A stretch of 64,000 bases of DNA from NCBI GenBank assembly GCA_015058945.1, contig SVBF01000007.1:2230-66229 (forward strand), read 5' to 3'. Positions within the stretch are counted from its first letter, which is position 1; every line of letters begins with the position of its first letter. A model generated the notes under the pieces. It searched no databases. It saw nothing but the letters and a program-made list of their open reading frames with translations, and had not been told where the DNA came from. Origin of the DNA: Erysipelotrichaceae bacterium (GTDB taxonomy: Bacteria > Bacillota_I > Bacilli_A > RFN20 > CAG-826). This document shows, one piece after another, positions 17,981-27,555 of the stretch. A program made the position numbers and the translations under genes.

Positions 17981-18391
17981 TTACGGTCTATCCGCGCTTT
18001 CGTTAACCTTTTTGTCCAGTGGGCGGGCGAAATGGAGTTTCAGGAGCTCTTGGATCAAGGTCACCCTACCGCCCTTGAAGACGCGTTTTAGGTGATATCG
18101 GCACTGCTCGTGGGTCACTTCAAGAAACACCAGTTGCACCGCCCCGCTTTGCGCATAGGCGCGGCAATAAAAGAAAGACTGCCGTTCCGTATCAAAGCTC
18201 ACGAAATCCGGTTTGCGCAAAATGCTCGAGAGTTCCTCGATGTAGGCTAGATATGTATCCGGCCTTTTGGACGCGATGTCGTTAAGTTGTTCCTCGCGAA
18301 GATAGATGTTGACGTCCCCGCTTAAGGAAATGTCCAAGGCGCGCTCGGTCGCCCGGTTGATGCGCCCTACTTTTAGTGGTTCGTTATACAT
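17981..18391 (-). CDS. hypothetical protein (136 aa)
   Basis: Clean ORF with RBS GGAGGT. No family recognised confidently; a faint resemblance to small RelE/barnase-like nuclease folds is unsupported. Confidence 0.45.
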   Translation of the reverse strand: MYNEPLKVGRINRATERALDISLSGDVNIYLREEQLNDIASKRPDTYLAYIEELSSILRKPDFVSFDTERQSFFYCRAYAQSGAVQLVFLEVTHEQCRYHLKRVFKGGRVTLIQELLKLHFARPLDKKVNESADRP

Positions 18392-18487
18392 GGGCTTACC
18401 TCCACCAACATATACCGAGGAAACAAGGCTTTTGGCTCAAAAACTTTCAAATTCTTTTTCTATCCCTCCAAATCATTACGCGCGATA

Positions 18488-19057
18488 ATGTTTCTAATGA
18501 AACCGATACATTTTGAAACCGGTCTGTTCGTGGCCGATACTTACGGACAAAAAACCCCGCGCCCGACGCTTCCGGAACTGGCCGAGCCCTTCGCGGTCCA
18601 AGCTGGCAAAAAGGCGACGATTGGCATCGTCAGTAGCGACGAGATCCCTTTCTTCTTTGCGGTCGAAGGCTTGCTCGGCGCGGCGAAGATCACTTTGGAG
18701 GACGCGACGAAGGAAACGTTCGTCAATCGCCTCCATGCCGCCTTCACCCAATATAACGTCGACCCGTCCAAGGTCGAGGTCTATATGGGTCCTTGCCTCA
18801 CCTTCTCCCACACCTTCGTCGAGCGTAAGCTCATCGAGGAGATGATGGACCGTGGCTATCGCGCCGCGTGCAAAAGGACCGATGGGGTAGATTTCCTCGA
18901 TGTACCCCTCCTTGTGCTCATCCAGTGCCGTCGCCTTGGCGTCAAAATGGAGAACATCCACATCTCCGATTACGACACCTTTGAGAATCCGGAATTGCTC
19001 TTTAGCAAGCTTCGCGGCGATGCCGGCGATAACCTCACCATCGCCAAACTAAGGTAA
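18488..19057 (+). CDS. hypothetical protein (189 aa)
   Basis: ORF divergent from 17981-18391 and convergent with mscS. No recognisable motifs; the start is uncertain (ATG at 18488 or 18497). Confidence 0.4.
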   Translation: MFLMKPIHFETGLFVADTYGQKTPRPTLPELAEPFAVQAGKKATIGIVSSDEIPFFFAVEGLLGAAKITLEDATKETFVNRLHAAFTQYNVDPSKVEVYMGPCLTFSHTFVERKLIEEMMDRGYRAACKRTDGVDFLDVPLLVLIQCRRLGVKMENIHISDYDTFENPELLFSKLRGDAGDNLTIAKLR

Positions 19058-19067
19058 AGAAAACGAA

Positions 19068-19098
19068 AGCCCTGGCCGATTTGGCCAGGGCTATTTTT
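19068..19098. terminator. bidirectional intrinsic terminator
   Basis: AGCCCTGGCCGATTTGGCCAGGGCT hairpin flanked by A-run and T-run, between convergent genes. Confidence 0.55.
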
Positions 19099-20176
19099 GT
19101 TGGTTAGCATATTTGGATTCCGCTTCTTTTTCCGCGGGCTTCTTTGTTTCCTTTTCCGCGGATTTTCGCGCGTTATCTTTCGCTTTTTGTTCCTTTTTTG
19201 CAGCTTTTTCGTTGCTCTTTTTGGCTTTGCGCTCCTGTTTCATGTATTCGGTCATTTCGCGCAAGGTCATGTCCTCAAGCTGGTCCATGGTAAGCTTCTG
19301 CGCTTCCTTCTTGCGCTTCTTCTCCACGCGCTCAGGAAGTCCGTCATATTCGGACTTCATCGGCACCGGCACCTTATGGGTGAGCTCGATCTGCGGGAAG
19401 GCGAACTGGATGCCGACGCGCTTACATTCGTCGAAGGCATGATCCATGATGTAGAAATAAACGTCCCAATAATCCCCGGCATCGCAATAGCAAGTTAGGA
19501 AATAGGTGATGGAAGAATCCCCAAGGGTCTTCAAACGGCATAACGGAGCCGGATCCTTATAGACAAGTCCGCAGGAGAGCATCACGTTGAGGAGGGTCTT
19601 CTTCGCTAATTCCGTATCCGATTCATAGGCGATCGAAAAATCAATCGCGACACGGCGAGACGCATAAGCGGTGAGGTTGGTGGTCGCGCTATTGACCATC
19701 ATATTGTTCGGGATGGTGATCTGGGTGTTGTTGGGGGTCTTGATCGTGGTGAAGAGGAAATTGATGTCCTCAATGTTACCCTCATTGCCATTGACCTGAA
19801 CGAAATCACCCGTTTTGTATTTGGTGGATCCCACGAGGATGATGCCCGCGGCGACGTTGGCGAGGAATTCCTTTAGCGCCATGCCGATGGCGAGCACCGC
19901 GGCAGAGAAGGCCGTGGTGAGTCCGGTGATGGGGATGCCCATCATCGCCAAAAGCAAAAGCACGAGAATTACCGCGAGGGTCAAACGGACCGCGGCGGCG
20001 ATGAAACGGATCGCCATCTCGTCGATCTTGCGACGGCGCATGATTCTCTTTAGCACGAAAAGAATCACCCGAATCAGGATGATGCCAACAATCAAAGTGG
20101 CGAAGAAACCGATGATATTCCAAATGTTGTTTTGGAAGAACTCAACGACTTTATTCCAGATTTCCTGCCAATTCAT
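19091..20176 (-). CDS. mscS: small-conductance mechanosensitive channel (MscS family) with K/E-rich C-terminal tail
   Basis: TM3 and beta-domain signature (GIILVGSTKYKTGDFVQVNGNEGNIEDINFLFTTIKTPNNTQITIPN). Start taken at the ATG with an AAAGGA RBS; the track start is an upstream GTG. Confidence 0.8.
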   Translation of the reverse strand: MNWQEIWNKVVEFFQNNIWNIIGFFATLIVGIILIRVILFVLKRIMRRRKIDEMAIRFIAAAVRLTLAVILVLLLLAMMGIPITGLTTAFSAAVLAIGMALKEFLANVAAGIILVGSTKYKTGDFVQVNGNEGNIEDINFLFTTIKTPNNTQITIPNNMMVNSATTNLTAYASRRVAIDFSIAYESDTELAKKTLLNVMLSCGLVYKDPAPLCRLKTLGDSSITYFLTCYCDAGDYWDVYFYIMDHAFDECKRVGIQFAFPQIELTHKVPVPMKSEYDGLPERVEKKRKKEAQKLTMDQLEDMTLREMTEYMKQERKAKKSNEKAAKKEQKAKDNARKSAEKETKKPAEKEAESKYANQQK

Positions 20177-20227
20177 GGGAGTATTATCCTTTCTTTTGGT
20201 ATTCGAGACAAGATACACGCGCCCGCG

Positions 20228-22114
20228 TCATAGTTTTTTGGAGATGGAGACCACGTTTTTGCCGTTGATGCGATGATATGTGATCTCATCCATCAAGCGC
20301 TGCACCATCAGCCAACCGAGTCCACCGACGGGTGCCCCACTTTCGCGTTCGTCCACCCTCTTCTCTTTCACGTCGCGCGGATCGAAGGGGATGCCTTTGT
20401 CGACGATGGTGATCGTGGCGATGCGCGGCTCGGGGCGATAGACGCAACGGAAATGGACGCCTTGGTCGCTCGGGACGTTTCCGTATTTGACGATGTTGGA
20501 GAAGATCTCGTCGATGCAGACGAGGAAATTGTTGAGCACCGGGCCTTTGACGTCGATCGCTTTCGCGCAGTTGGTCATGTATTCCCTTACCGCCGCACCT
20601 TGGGAGAGATCAGCGGCAAACGTCACTTCCTGGGCAAGGACGGCTTCACCGGCATAGGCAACGACGAGATAGGTGATGTCGTCGCTTTGCTCGGCGTCTT
20701 GGGTGAATTCGCCGACAGAGTCTTCTAACTCATGGCCGAACTCGACGATCGACACCGCTTCCCCTTCGCGGTAATTGAGGAATTTGAGGAAGCGTTCCTC
20801 GCCAAAGAATTCACCCTTGGCGTTCTTCGCCTCCGTGATGCCATCGGTATAAAGGATCAAGGCGTCCCCTTCTTTTAGGCGAACCGACTGATCCGTCACG
20901 CAAGCGTCCGGCGTCGAGCCAAGGACGAAGCCACGGGCGCAGTTAAGGGGGATCCATTTGCCTTCTTTTCGATGGACCATCGGCGGGTTATGCCCCGCGT
21001 TAGCGAAGCAAAAATCACCGGTTTCCACGTTGAGGATGCCATAGAAGCAAGTGACGAACATGCTGGATTCGTTGCCTTCGTAAAGGAGCCGATTGACCTT
21101 CTCCATCGTTTGCTTCGGCGAGACGTCCACCCCATAGCAGGCGCGGAAGGACGTGATGGCCTTCATCATGAACATGGCCGCGGGCACGCCTTTGCCGGAG
21201 ACGTCGCCGATGAGGACGCCGAGGTGGGTTTCGTCGAGCCAATGGTAGTCATATAGGTCGCCGCCGACTTCCTTGGCTGGGCGAAGCTGGGCCAATAAGG
21301 AGATCCGTTTGTTCTCGAAAACGGGGGCGGGCAAGGCGGAACGTTGCAGCTCTTCGGCGACGGAAAGCTCCGTGTCGATGCGGGATTTTTCCTTCACGGC
21401 CGAAGACTCGGATTCGAGTAGCCTCTTGGTGCGCACGTTAAGCGCGTTCGAGGCGAAGAAAAGCAACGTGAGGAAAAGCGCCCTGGCGAAATAGTAGTAG
21501 CCGAGTACCGCGAGATATCGGTTCGTCCCCTGCAACAACAACTCGTGAAGGAAAGCGAAGCGGTCCTGTGGGGATTCGGGTTCGAAGACCACCCAAGCGC
21601 CCTGCGCTTCGTCATAAAGGACGCGGCCAGCCGTGAGCAAATTGGGATCGTATTCGCCGACGAACATGCCGGCGTAAAGGCAAATCAGCATCGTGAGTAG
21701 CGTCGATCCGAAGATGATTTTTCCTAAGCGCGGGTTGTAGTAATGGTTCGCCAAAACGATGATGAGGGCGTAGCCGATGATGCCGTGTTTGGGCAAAAGG
21801 ACGTTCGTGCTGCCGATCATCGCGAGAATCGTGAACAGGATGTAGTACTTGAAACCGGCCCGCTCCACCATTTTCGTGCGCCGCCAATAGAGGTTGGAGA
21901 ACAAAAGCGCGGCGACGATCGGAAGATAAATATATACGGGAACGTAGTTATGTAACGGGAAGATGTGGCAGATATAAAGGATCAACGCGATGATGACCGC
22001 GCCACCGGCAAACCCGGAGATGAGGCACATCGCGCGGTTGGCTTCCGTCTCGTTTTTGGCGTATAGCGGGTTGCGTGGGGTGAAGAAGGAGCTAAGCGCC
22101 TTGGGCGTTTTCAT
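20228..22114 (-). CDS. membrane-anchored PP2C (SpoIIE/RsbU-type) phosphatase fused to a C-terminal HATPase_c (RsbW/SpoIIAB-like kinase) domain
   Basis: N-terminal ~6 TM helices, the PPM motif LIGDVSGKGVPAAMFMM, and a C-terminal GHKL ATPase (NFLVCIDEIFSNIVKYG...PVGGLGWLMVQRL); RBS GAGGAG. Confidence 0.75.
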   Translation of the reverse strand: MKTPKALSSFFTPRNPLYAKNETEANRAMCLISGFAGGAVIIALILYICHIFPLHNYVPVYIYLPIVAALLFSNLYWRRTKMVERAGFKYYILFTILAMIGSTNVLLPKHGIIGYALIIVLANHYYNPRLGKIIFGSTLLTMLICLYAGMFVGEYDPNLLTAGRVLYDEAQGAWVVFEPESPQDRFAFLHELLLQGTNRYLAVLGYYYFARALFLTLLFFASNALNVRTKRLLESESSAVKEKSRIDTELSVAEELQRSALPAPVFENKRISLLAQLRPAKEVGGDLYDYHWLDETHLGVLIGDVSGKGVPAAMFMMKAITSFRACYGVDVSPKQTMEKVNRLLYEGNESSMFVTCFYGILNVETGDFCFANAGHNPPMVHRKEGKWIPLNCARGFVLGSTPDACVTDQSVRLKEGDALILYTDGITEAKNAKGEFFGEERFLKFLNYREGEAVSIVEFGHELEDSVGEFTQDAEQSDDITYLVVAYAGEAVLAQEVTFAADLSQGAAVREYMTNCAKAIDVKGPVLNNFLVCIDEIFSNIVKYGNVPSDQGVHFRCVYRPEPRIATITIVDKGIPFDPRDVKEKRVDERESGAPVGGLGWLMVQRLMDEITYHRINGKNVVSISKKL

Positions 22115-23160
22115 ATGTCACTCCTCAAGGAATAGTCGCCTTCATGGATCACCCCGGCCTTACGGAGGATCAAATCGAACAAGAAGACCAAGACGATCGG
22201 GGCGAGGACGCAAATACAGACGATCAGCGTCCACGTGACCCAAGAATCGAAACCGAGGGCCGAGAGGAAATTGATCGGGCCGACGAGTCCGGAAGTACCC
22301 ATGCCCGCGCCGACGGAAAGCGTCGCGGCCATCGCGGAATCGACGCCGTTAAGCGGAAAGAGCATCGCAAAAGGTCCAAGGATCGCCGAAACGACGATTG
22401 TGGGCAGCCAAACGATGGGTCGGCGGACGATGTTCTTGAATTGGAGCATCGATGTGCCTAGCCCCACGGCAAGCACCGCGCCCCACTTGTTGTCCCTAGC
22501 GGTATGGACGGCGAAACCGACCATTTGCACCGAGCATCCGATGAGGGCGCTCGCGGCGGCGAGGGGGACGTTGCCGATGCGGATGGCGACGCAGATCGCC
22601 ACCGAGGAAATCGGGGCGGTGAGGGCCATGCCCATGAGTACGCTAACGATGATGCACATGAGGAAGGGCACCGCGCCAAAGGACACTTCGATGAGTTTGC
22701 CTAAACCAATGGTCACGAAATGGACCCATTCCGCCAAAAGGAAGGAATAGAGCATGGCGGTCAACACCCCCACCAGCGGGATGAGGATCAAATCCACCGG
22801 CGTCTTTCGCACCATCACGTAACGCAAAGTGATCGCGGCGAGGATGACGCTCACATAGCAAGAAAGCGGGTCGCCGATCGAAGCGACGGTCCATTGGGCC
22901 AGACCGAGGTCGGCGTTTTGTATCCAGTGAAAGGCGTAATTGCCTAGGAAGCCCGCGGCCATCAAGGTGACGATGGTGACGCCGTTTCGCTTCAAAGACA
23001 AGCCGACGCCTAAGCCGATGCCGGCGCCCATGAGTCCCTTTAACGCCGACGCCCAAACCGCGATGCCCTCCATATGGGGAATCTTGGCGAAAAGGTCGAC
23101 GATCGTACCGATGATCAAGGTGCCGAAAAGACCGATGGCCATGCCATTGGTCGTCTTCAT
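22111..23160 (-). CDS. polytopic permease (PTS-EIIC-like / unassigned transporter family)
   Basis: About 10 TM helices. Start chosen at MKTTNG with RBS GAGGAAGG; the track start is an upstream GTG. Confidence 0.45.
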   Translation of the reverse strand: MKTTNGMAIGLFGTLIIGTIVDLFAKIPHMEGIAVWASALKGLMGAGIGLGVGLSLKRNGVTIVTLMAAGFLGNYAFHWIQNADLGLAQWTVASIGDPLSCYVSVILAAITLRYVMVRKTPVDLILIPLVGVLTAMLYSFLLAEWVHFVTIGLGKLIEVSFGAVPFLMCIIVSVLMGMALTAPISSVAICVAIRIGNVPLAAASALIGCSVQMVGFAVHTARDNKWGAVLAVGLGTSMLQFKNIVRRPIVWLPTIVVSAILGPFAMLFPLNGVDSAMAATLSVGAGMGTSGLVGPINFLSALGFDSWVTWTLIVCICVLAPIVLVFLFDLILRKAGVIHEGDYSLRSDI

Positions 23161-23225
23161 CAAGTACTCCCGCACCTTCCTCAAAAAAGGAAAACGAGGG
23201 GTTTTTGCAGCCTCATCCATAGAAA

Positions 23226-23585
23226 TTACGCAAAGCACTCCTTGATTAGGGCGACTTCGGCATTAAATTCGTCCACGATGGTTTTCACTTCGTCCTTATG
23301 ATCGGCGATGGCGCCCTCTTGGCAAGAACGCACCTTTTCCGTGAGGTCGACGCAAAGGCCGTAAAGCCTAGACAAAGCGAGGTTTCCGGCGACGCCCTTT
23401 AACGCGTGCACGGCCTCGAAGATGGCTTTTCCATTCCCCGACTCCCCCGCCTCGACGAGCGGGCGGATATCGAAGGTGTCCGCGAACTTCGTCAGGAAGC
23501 GGCGGATTAAGGCGTCGTTCATCAAACGGGTTTTGGCTTCGGCATAATTCCCGCCGACTTTTTCATATAGTTCTTCGATGGTCAT
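23226..23585 (-). CDS. Hpt (histidine phosphotransfer) domain protein
   Basis: Phospho-His context FEAVHALKGVAGNLALS; 119 aa, four-helix-bundle size. Confidence 0.7.
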   Translation of the reverse strand: MTIEELYEKVGGNYAEAKTRLMNDALIRRFLTKFADTFDIRPLVEAGESGNGKAIFEAVHALKGVAGNLALSRLYGLCVDLTEKVRSCQEGAIADHKDEVKTIVDEFNAEVALIKECFA

Positions 23586-25303
23586 GCGGCAAGCTCCTTT
23601 TTGGCTTTGTCAAAGAATTCGTCGCCCGGAATGGGCTTGGAGAAATAGTAGCCTTGGATCAAATCGACCCCATAATCCTTGAGGACTTGGACTTGATCGG
23701 CGTTTTCCACGCCTTCCGCCGTGCTCATTAGGCCCATGGTCTTGCCGATGCCGATGATGCTTTGGACCAAGCGGGCGTTCTTTTCGGACTTGGCCATGCC
23801 ACGGATCAATTGCATGTCGATCTTCATAACGTCCAAAGCCAAATCGCCAAGGATGGTGAGGGAGGAATAACCGGAACCGAAGTCATCAAGTTCAATGCGG
23901 TACCCATCCTCATGGAATTCGTTGACGACGCGGATCAATTCGTCGGCGTTATTGCCGGCCGCGCTTTCGGTGACCTCGAGATGAAGGGTGTCTTTGTCAA
24001 TGCCTTCGTCGGCGATGATCCCATTGAGGAATTCCCTTAGGCCGTGGTCGAAGATCTCGACGCGACTCACGTTGACCGAAATCGGGATCTTTACCCCAAG
24101 TTCGCGGTCCAAGCGCCTTAGCATCGCCGCCACTTTTTGATAGACAAAGCGATCGAGATGGCGAATCAAACCGTTTTCCTCAAACAAGGGAATGAAAACA
24201 CCGGGGCTGATCATCCCAAACTCGGGATGGGCCCAGCGGATGAGCGCTTCCGCCCCCGCTAAGACCGGCTTATCGCCACGGACATCGTATTTCGGCTGAT
24301 AGAAGACTTTGAATTCCTCGTTGCGCAAGGAACGGTCGAACCCCTGCACCAACTTCTCGTTGAAGACGATGCGGTCATGGACGAAACCATCAAAGAAGGC
24401 GATGGACTTGGTACGGTCATGGAGAATGCCGGCATAGGAGTCCTTCGCGTGGTCGATGATGGTATGGAGGTCCAGATTGTGGTCGATGTGGGTATAGACG
24501 CCGAACTTGAGATGGCGACCATCGTCATGGCACGCCTCGCGCACCATCTCGCCAAGCCGTTTCACCAACGGTCCATAATCCTCAATGTGGTCGCAGCACC
24601 AGAAGATCAAATCCTCGTCGCGCCGCGTTCCGATGCCATGGCCAAAGGAAAGAAGCTCCCGGCCGATCGCGTGTTGGATTTGCTCCATGAAGGCGTCGCC
24701 ATAAAGTTCGCGCGTGATGGAATAGTCTGCGATGCGGATGACGACCATGTCCAAATCGGCGTCGCTTTCAAGGCGGGATTTGACGTAATAGTCGAAGTAC
24801 TTGCCGGTATATAGACCAGTGACGTCATCGGTGCTGGTCTGACGGATCATGAGCGCGGACTCGCTTAACTCGATGATGCGCCAAATGCGCGCTCGAATGG
24901 CCTCAGGGGCTTCGTAAGGTTTCTTGATGAAATCGATGGCGCCGCCGTGGAGGCTCTCAATCTCCAACTTGGCCTCGGAGGTCAATACGATGACGGGGAT
25001 ATCCGCGATGGCGGGGATTTCCTTTTGCTTGCGCATGAACGCAAAGCCGTCCATGACGGGCATGACGACGTCGAGCAAAATCAAAGAGACGTCCGCCCCT
25101 TCTTCGGAAAGGACTTTCAACGCCTCTTCGCCGTTGCCGGCCAAAAGGAGGTCATAATCCTCTTCTAGGAACGAAGAAAGAATCTCGCGGTTGAGCTCCT
25201 CGTCCTCGACGATGAGGATCTTGCGCCTTTTGTTCTTGTCCAAGGAAAAATCGAATTTCACGGATTTGATTTTATCATGTGCGCGAAAGGGCGCACGCAC
25301 CAA
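23582..25303 (-). CDS. response regulator with REC, degenerate GGDEF-like and EAL domains (c-di-GMP phosphodiesterase)
   Basis: REC domain (KILIVEDEE...LLDVVMPVMDG), EAL signature (EALIRWAHPEFGMISPGVFIP...) and no intact GGDEF motif. GTG start with RBS GAGGCG. Confidence 0.75.
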   Translation of the reverse strand: MVRAPFRAHDKIKSVKFDFSLDKNKRRKILIVEDEELNREILSSFLEEDYDLLLAGNGEEALKVLSEEGADVSLILLDVVMPVMDGFAFMRKQKEIPAIADIPVIVLTSEAKLEIESLHGGAIDFIKKPYEAPEAIRARIWRIIELSESALMIRQTSTDDVTGLYTGKYFDYYVKSRLESDADLDMVVIRIADYSITRELYGDAFMEQIQHAIGRELLSFGHGIGTRRDEDLIFWCCDHIEDYGPLVKRLGEMVREACHDDGRHLKFGVYTHIDHNLDLHTIIDHAKDSYAGILHDRTKSIAFFDGFVHDRIVFNEKLVQGFDRSLRNEEFKVFYQPKYDVRGDKPVLAGAEALIRWAHPEFGMISPGVFIPLFEENGLIRHLDRFVYQKVAAMLRRLDRELGVKIPISVNVSRVEIFDHGLREFLNGIIADEGIDKDTLHLEVTESAAGNNADELIRVVNEFHEDGYRIELDDFGSGYSSLTILGDLALDVMKIDMQLIRGMAKSEKNARLVQSIIGIGKTMGLMSTAEGVENADQVQVLKDYGVDLIQGYYFSKPIPGDEFFDKAKKELAA

Positions 25304-26599
25304 TTACGCCTCGTCCGCGGGGATGCAGCCGGCCTTGTTTAAGGCAAACTTGGAAACCAGCGGTCCGATGAGCTCATAAACCAAGGTGGAGGTAAGCACC
25401 GTGGCGAGGATGAGCGCCCCACTGCGTTCCGTGGCCGGGTTGGAGCCGAACAAAGAACTCGCGGTGGTCGCAAGGCCGATGGCCACACCGGCTTGAGGCA
25501 CCAAGGTAAGGCCGAGGTATTTTTTGACTTCCGGCGGGGAATGGGTGATGGAGGATCCCGTGAAGGCGCCGAGCCATTTGCCGAGGACGCGGGCGACGAT
25601 ATAGACCCCCGCGATCGCTAAGACGATGAGGCCGTTTTCATTGAAGAAGATGCTGAGGTCCAGCGAGGCGCCGGAGATCACGAAGAACATCATGTAAACC
25701 GGCGAAGTGAAGCGGTCGAGCACGTCGAGCGTCCGCCCGGAATCGGGGCGGAGGGAGCTATAGAACGCGCCCGCCATCATGCACATCAGCAGCGAGCTTA
25801 ATTCGAATCCGCCAAGGGCTTCATAACGGAAGGCAACGTAGATTCCTAAGGACGCAAAAACGGACATTATGCACAAAATGAGGCGGTTATTGCGCGATTT
25901 AAAGAACTTATTGCAGAACGAGATCAATAATCCGAGCACCGCGCCAATCGCGAGTGAAAGCACGATTTCGATTAACGGTTTCGCGATCATCTTATAGGCG
26001 CTGAACTCGCCTCCGCCCGCGATGGTCGTGGCGATTTGGAAGAGGATGGCGAAGAGTATGAGGGCGGCCGCGTCATCCAAGGCGACGACGGGCAAAAGCG
26101 TGTCCACGAGTTCACCCCTGGCGCGGTATTGACGGATGACCATGAGGGTCGCCGCCGGGGCGGTTGCGCTGGCGATGGCGCCTAGTGTCAGGACGATTTC
26201 CCAACCGATTTGATCCGGGGCGATGAAATGGGCGGCCAACAAGGCGAGGATGACGAGCAAGGAGCCACCCATCGCTTCCAAGACGGTGATGACGATGACG
26301 CGTTTTCCTAACGTCTTTAACGTCGAGACGCGGAAGGAGGTGCCGATCGAAAAGGCGATGAAGCCCAAGGCGACTTGGCTCACCCAACCGAGCTGCTTCA
26401 CGTATCCGAAGACGACGCCGTCTTTGATGCCGTCGTAGGTGAAATTATTGAAGAGGACGCCGAAGAGGAACGGCCCCATGATGATGCCGGTGATGATGTA
26501 GCCAGTGACATTAGGCAACTTCAAAACGCGCATCAGGCGCGTCGAGAGAAGTCCGGCGAACAAAAGAATGGCCACATAGGCGAAAACGGGGAGTGTCAT
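25304..26599 (-). CDS. cation:proton antiporter (CPA family Na+/H+ exchanger)
   Basis: 12-13 TM helices and an Na_H_exchanger-like N-terminus (NVTGYIITGIIMGP). Confidence 0.7.
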   Translation of the reverse strand: MTLPVFAYVAILLFAGLLSTRLMRVLKLPNVTGYIITGIIMGPFLFGVLFNNFTYDGIKDGVVFGYVKQLGWVSQVALGFIAFSIGTSFRVSTLKTLGKRVIVITVLEAMGGSLLVILALLAAHFIAPDQIGWEIVLTLGAIASATAPAATLMVIRQYRARGELVDTLLPVVALDDAAALILFAILFQIATTIAGGGEFSAYKMIAKPLIEIVLSLAIGAVLGLLISFCNKFFKSRNNRLILCIMSVFASLGIYVAFRYEALGGFELSSLLMCMMAGAFYSSLRPDSGRTLDVLDRFTSPVYMMFFVISGASLDLSIFFNENGLIVLAIAGVYIVARVLGKWLGAFTGSSITHSPPEVKKYLGLTLVPQAGVAIGLATTASSLFGSNPATERSGALILATVLTSTLVYELIGPLVSKFALNKAGCIPADEA

Positions 26600-26602
26600 A
26601 TG

Positions 26603-26929
26603 TTAAAGCGATCCTTCGTAGTCGGCGATATCGCGGGAATACATGAAGCCTTTGATGTCGTGGAAATTGTTCGTATAGCCACGGATGACCTGTTTGACCA
26701 AGGCCACTTTCTCATCCGGCAAGACGAAAAGGCAAAGAATGCTCTCGAGCATCTCCTCCTTTTCCAGGTGGCGCAAAGTGAAGAAATGGTGTTCCTCGGG
26801 GTAATAGTCCACCGCGTGGCGCAGCGACTCGGCGGAGAGGACCGTGGCGTTGTAGCCTTCGGCCTTGAGTTCCTCGAGCGTGCGGTAGGCCGCGGGGGAG
26901 CTTTTTAACATTAAATAGAGTTCTTTCAT
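26603..26929 (-). CDS. small P-II-like (GlnB-fold) protein, possible regulator of the adjacent antiporter
   Basis: 108 aa with beta-alpha-beta periodicity (MKELYLMLKS...GYNATVLSAES). Its stop abuts the antiporter start. Confidence 0.3.
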   Translation of the reverse strand: MKELYLMLKSSPAAYRTLEELKAEGYNATVLSAESLRHAVDYYPEEHHFFTLRHLEKEEMLESILCLFVLPDEKVALVKQVIRGYTNNFHDIKGFMYSRDIADYEGSL

Positions 26930-26979
26930 GGATGACCTCGTCGCTATTCTATACCCCTTCGCAAGCGTGAGCGAAAAAA

Positions 26980-27489
26980 CTATATCTTTTTCTCAAAGGC
27001 TAAGCGTGGTGCGTCGTCTTGGGGAACATGGACGATGCCGCGATAGACGAATCCCAAGGTCTCCATTAAGTGACGCATGGGCGCGTTGTCTTCATGTGTG
27101 TCCATGCGTAGCACCGGGCATCGAGACAACGCGAATTCGCTCGCGAAGGCGAGCATCCCTTTCCTTTTGCCGGAACTCGCGATGCGGTGGATGACGCCAT
27201 AATTCGCATCGATGTCCCACTCCCCCTGCTCGATATGGTCGTAACAGGGGTCGGCGTGTGGGCCGTGCATAAAGCAAAACGTGGCCAGGATTTCCTCGTC
27301 ATCGACGATGACGTAACTACGGCCGATCTCGATGTCTTTCTCAATCAGGTCTTGGGGAGGCCACCCATATTCACTCCATTGATGGGTGTTGCCGTAGGAA
27401 ACCATGAATTCCCTGGCGTGGCCGAAGATGGCCATAATGACGGGTAGGTCTTTCCATTCGCTCTTACGGACTTGCACGTCAACAATCAT
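26980..27489 (-). CDS. GNAT-family N-acetyltransferase
   Basis: Acetyl-CoA-binding region RIASSGKRKGMLAFASEFAL (Q/RxxGxG/A-like); start at MIVDVQ. Confidence 0.6.
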   Translation of the reverse strand: MIVDVQVRKSEWKDLPVIMAIFGHAREFMVSYGNTHQWSEYGWPPQDLIEKDIEIGRSYVIVDDEEILATFCFMHGPHADPCYDHIEQGEWDIDANYGVIHRIASSGKRKGMLAFASEFALSRCPVLRMDTHEDNAPMRHLMETLGFVYRGIVHVPQDDAPRLAFEKKI

Positions 27490-27504
27490 AACGAAGCGCG
27501 GGAT

Positions 27505-27535
27505 TAAGAAAAGGGCCGCCCCGAGGGAACGGCCC
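27505..27535 (-). terminator. intrinsic terminator after lipoprotein gene 27556-28071
   Basis: GGGCCGTTCCCTCGGGGCGGCCC hairpin followed by UUUUCUU on the minus strand. Confidence 0.45.
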
Positions 27536-27555
27536 AAATTTTCACTAATCGCGAA

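Noticed and set aside
22111-23238. GTG start of the permease at 23238 (the track start)
   Set aside because: It would overlap the Hpt gene by 13 nt with no RBS. The ATG at 23160 has a GAGGAAGG Shine-Dalgarno, so the shorter call was preferred.
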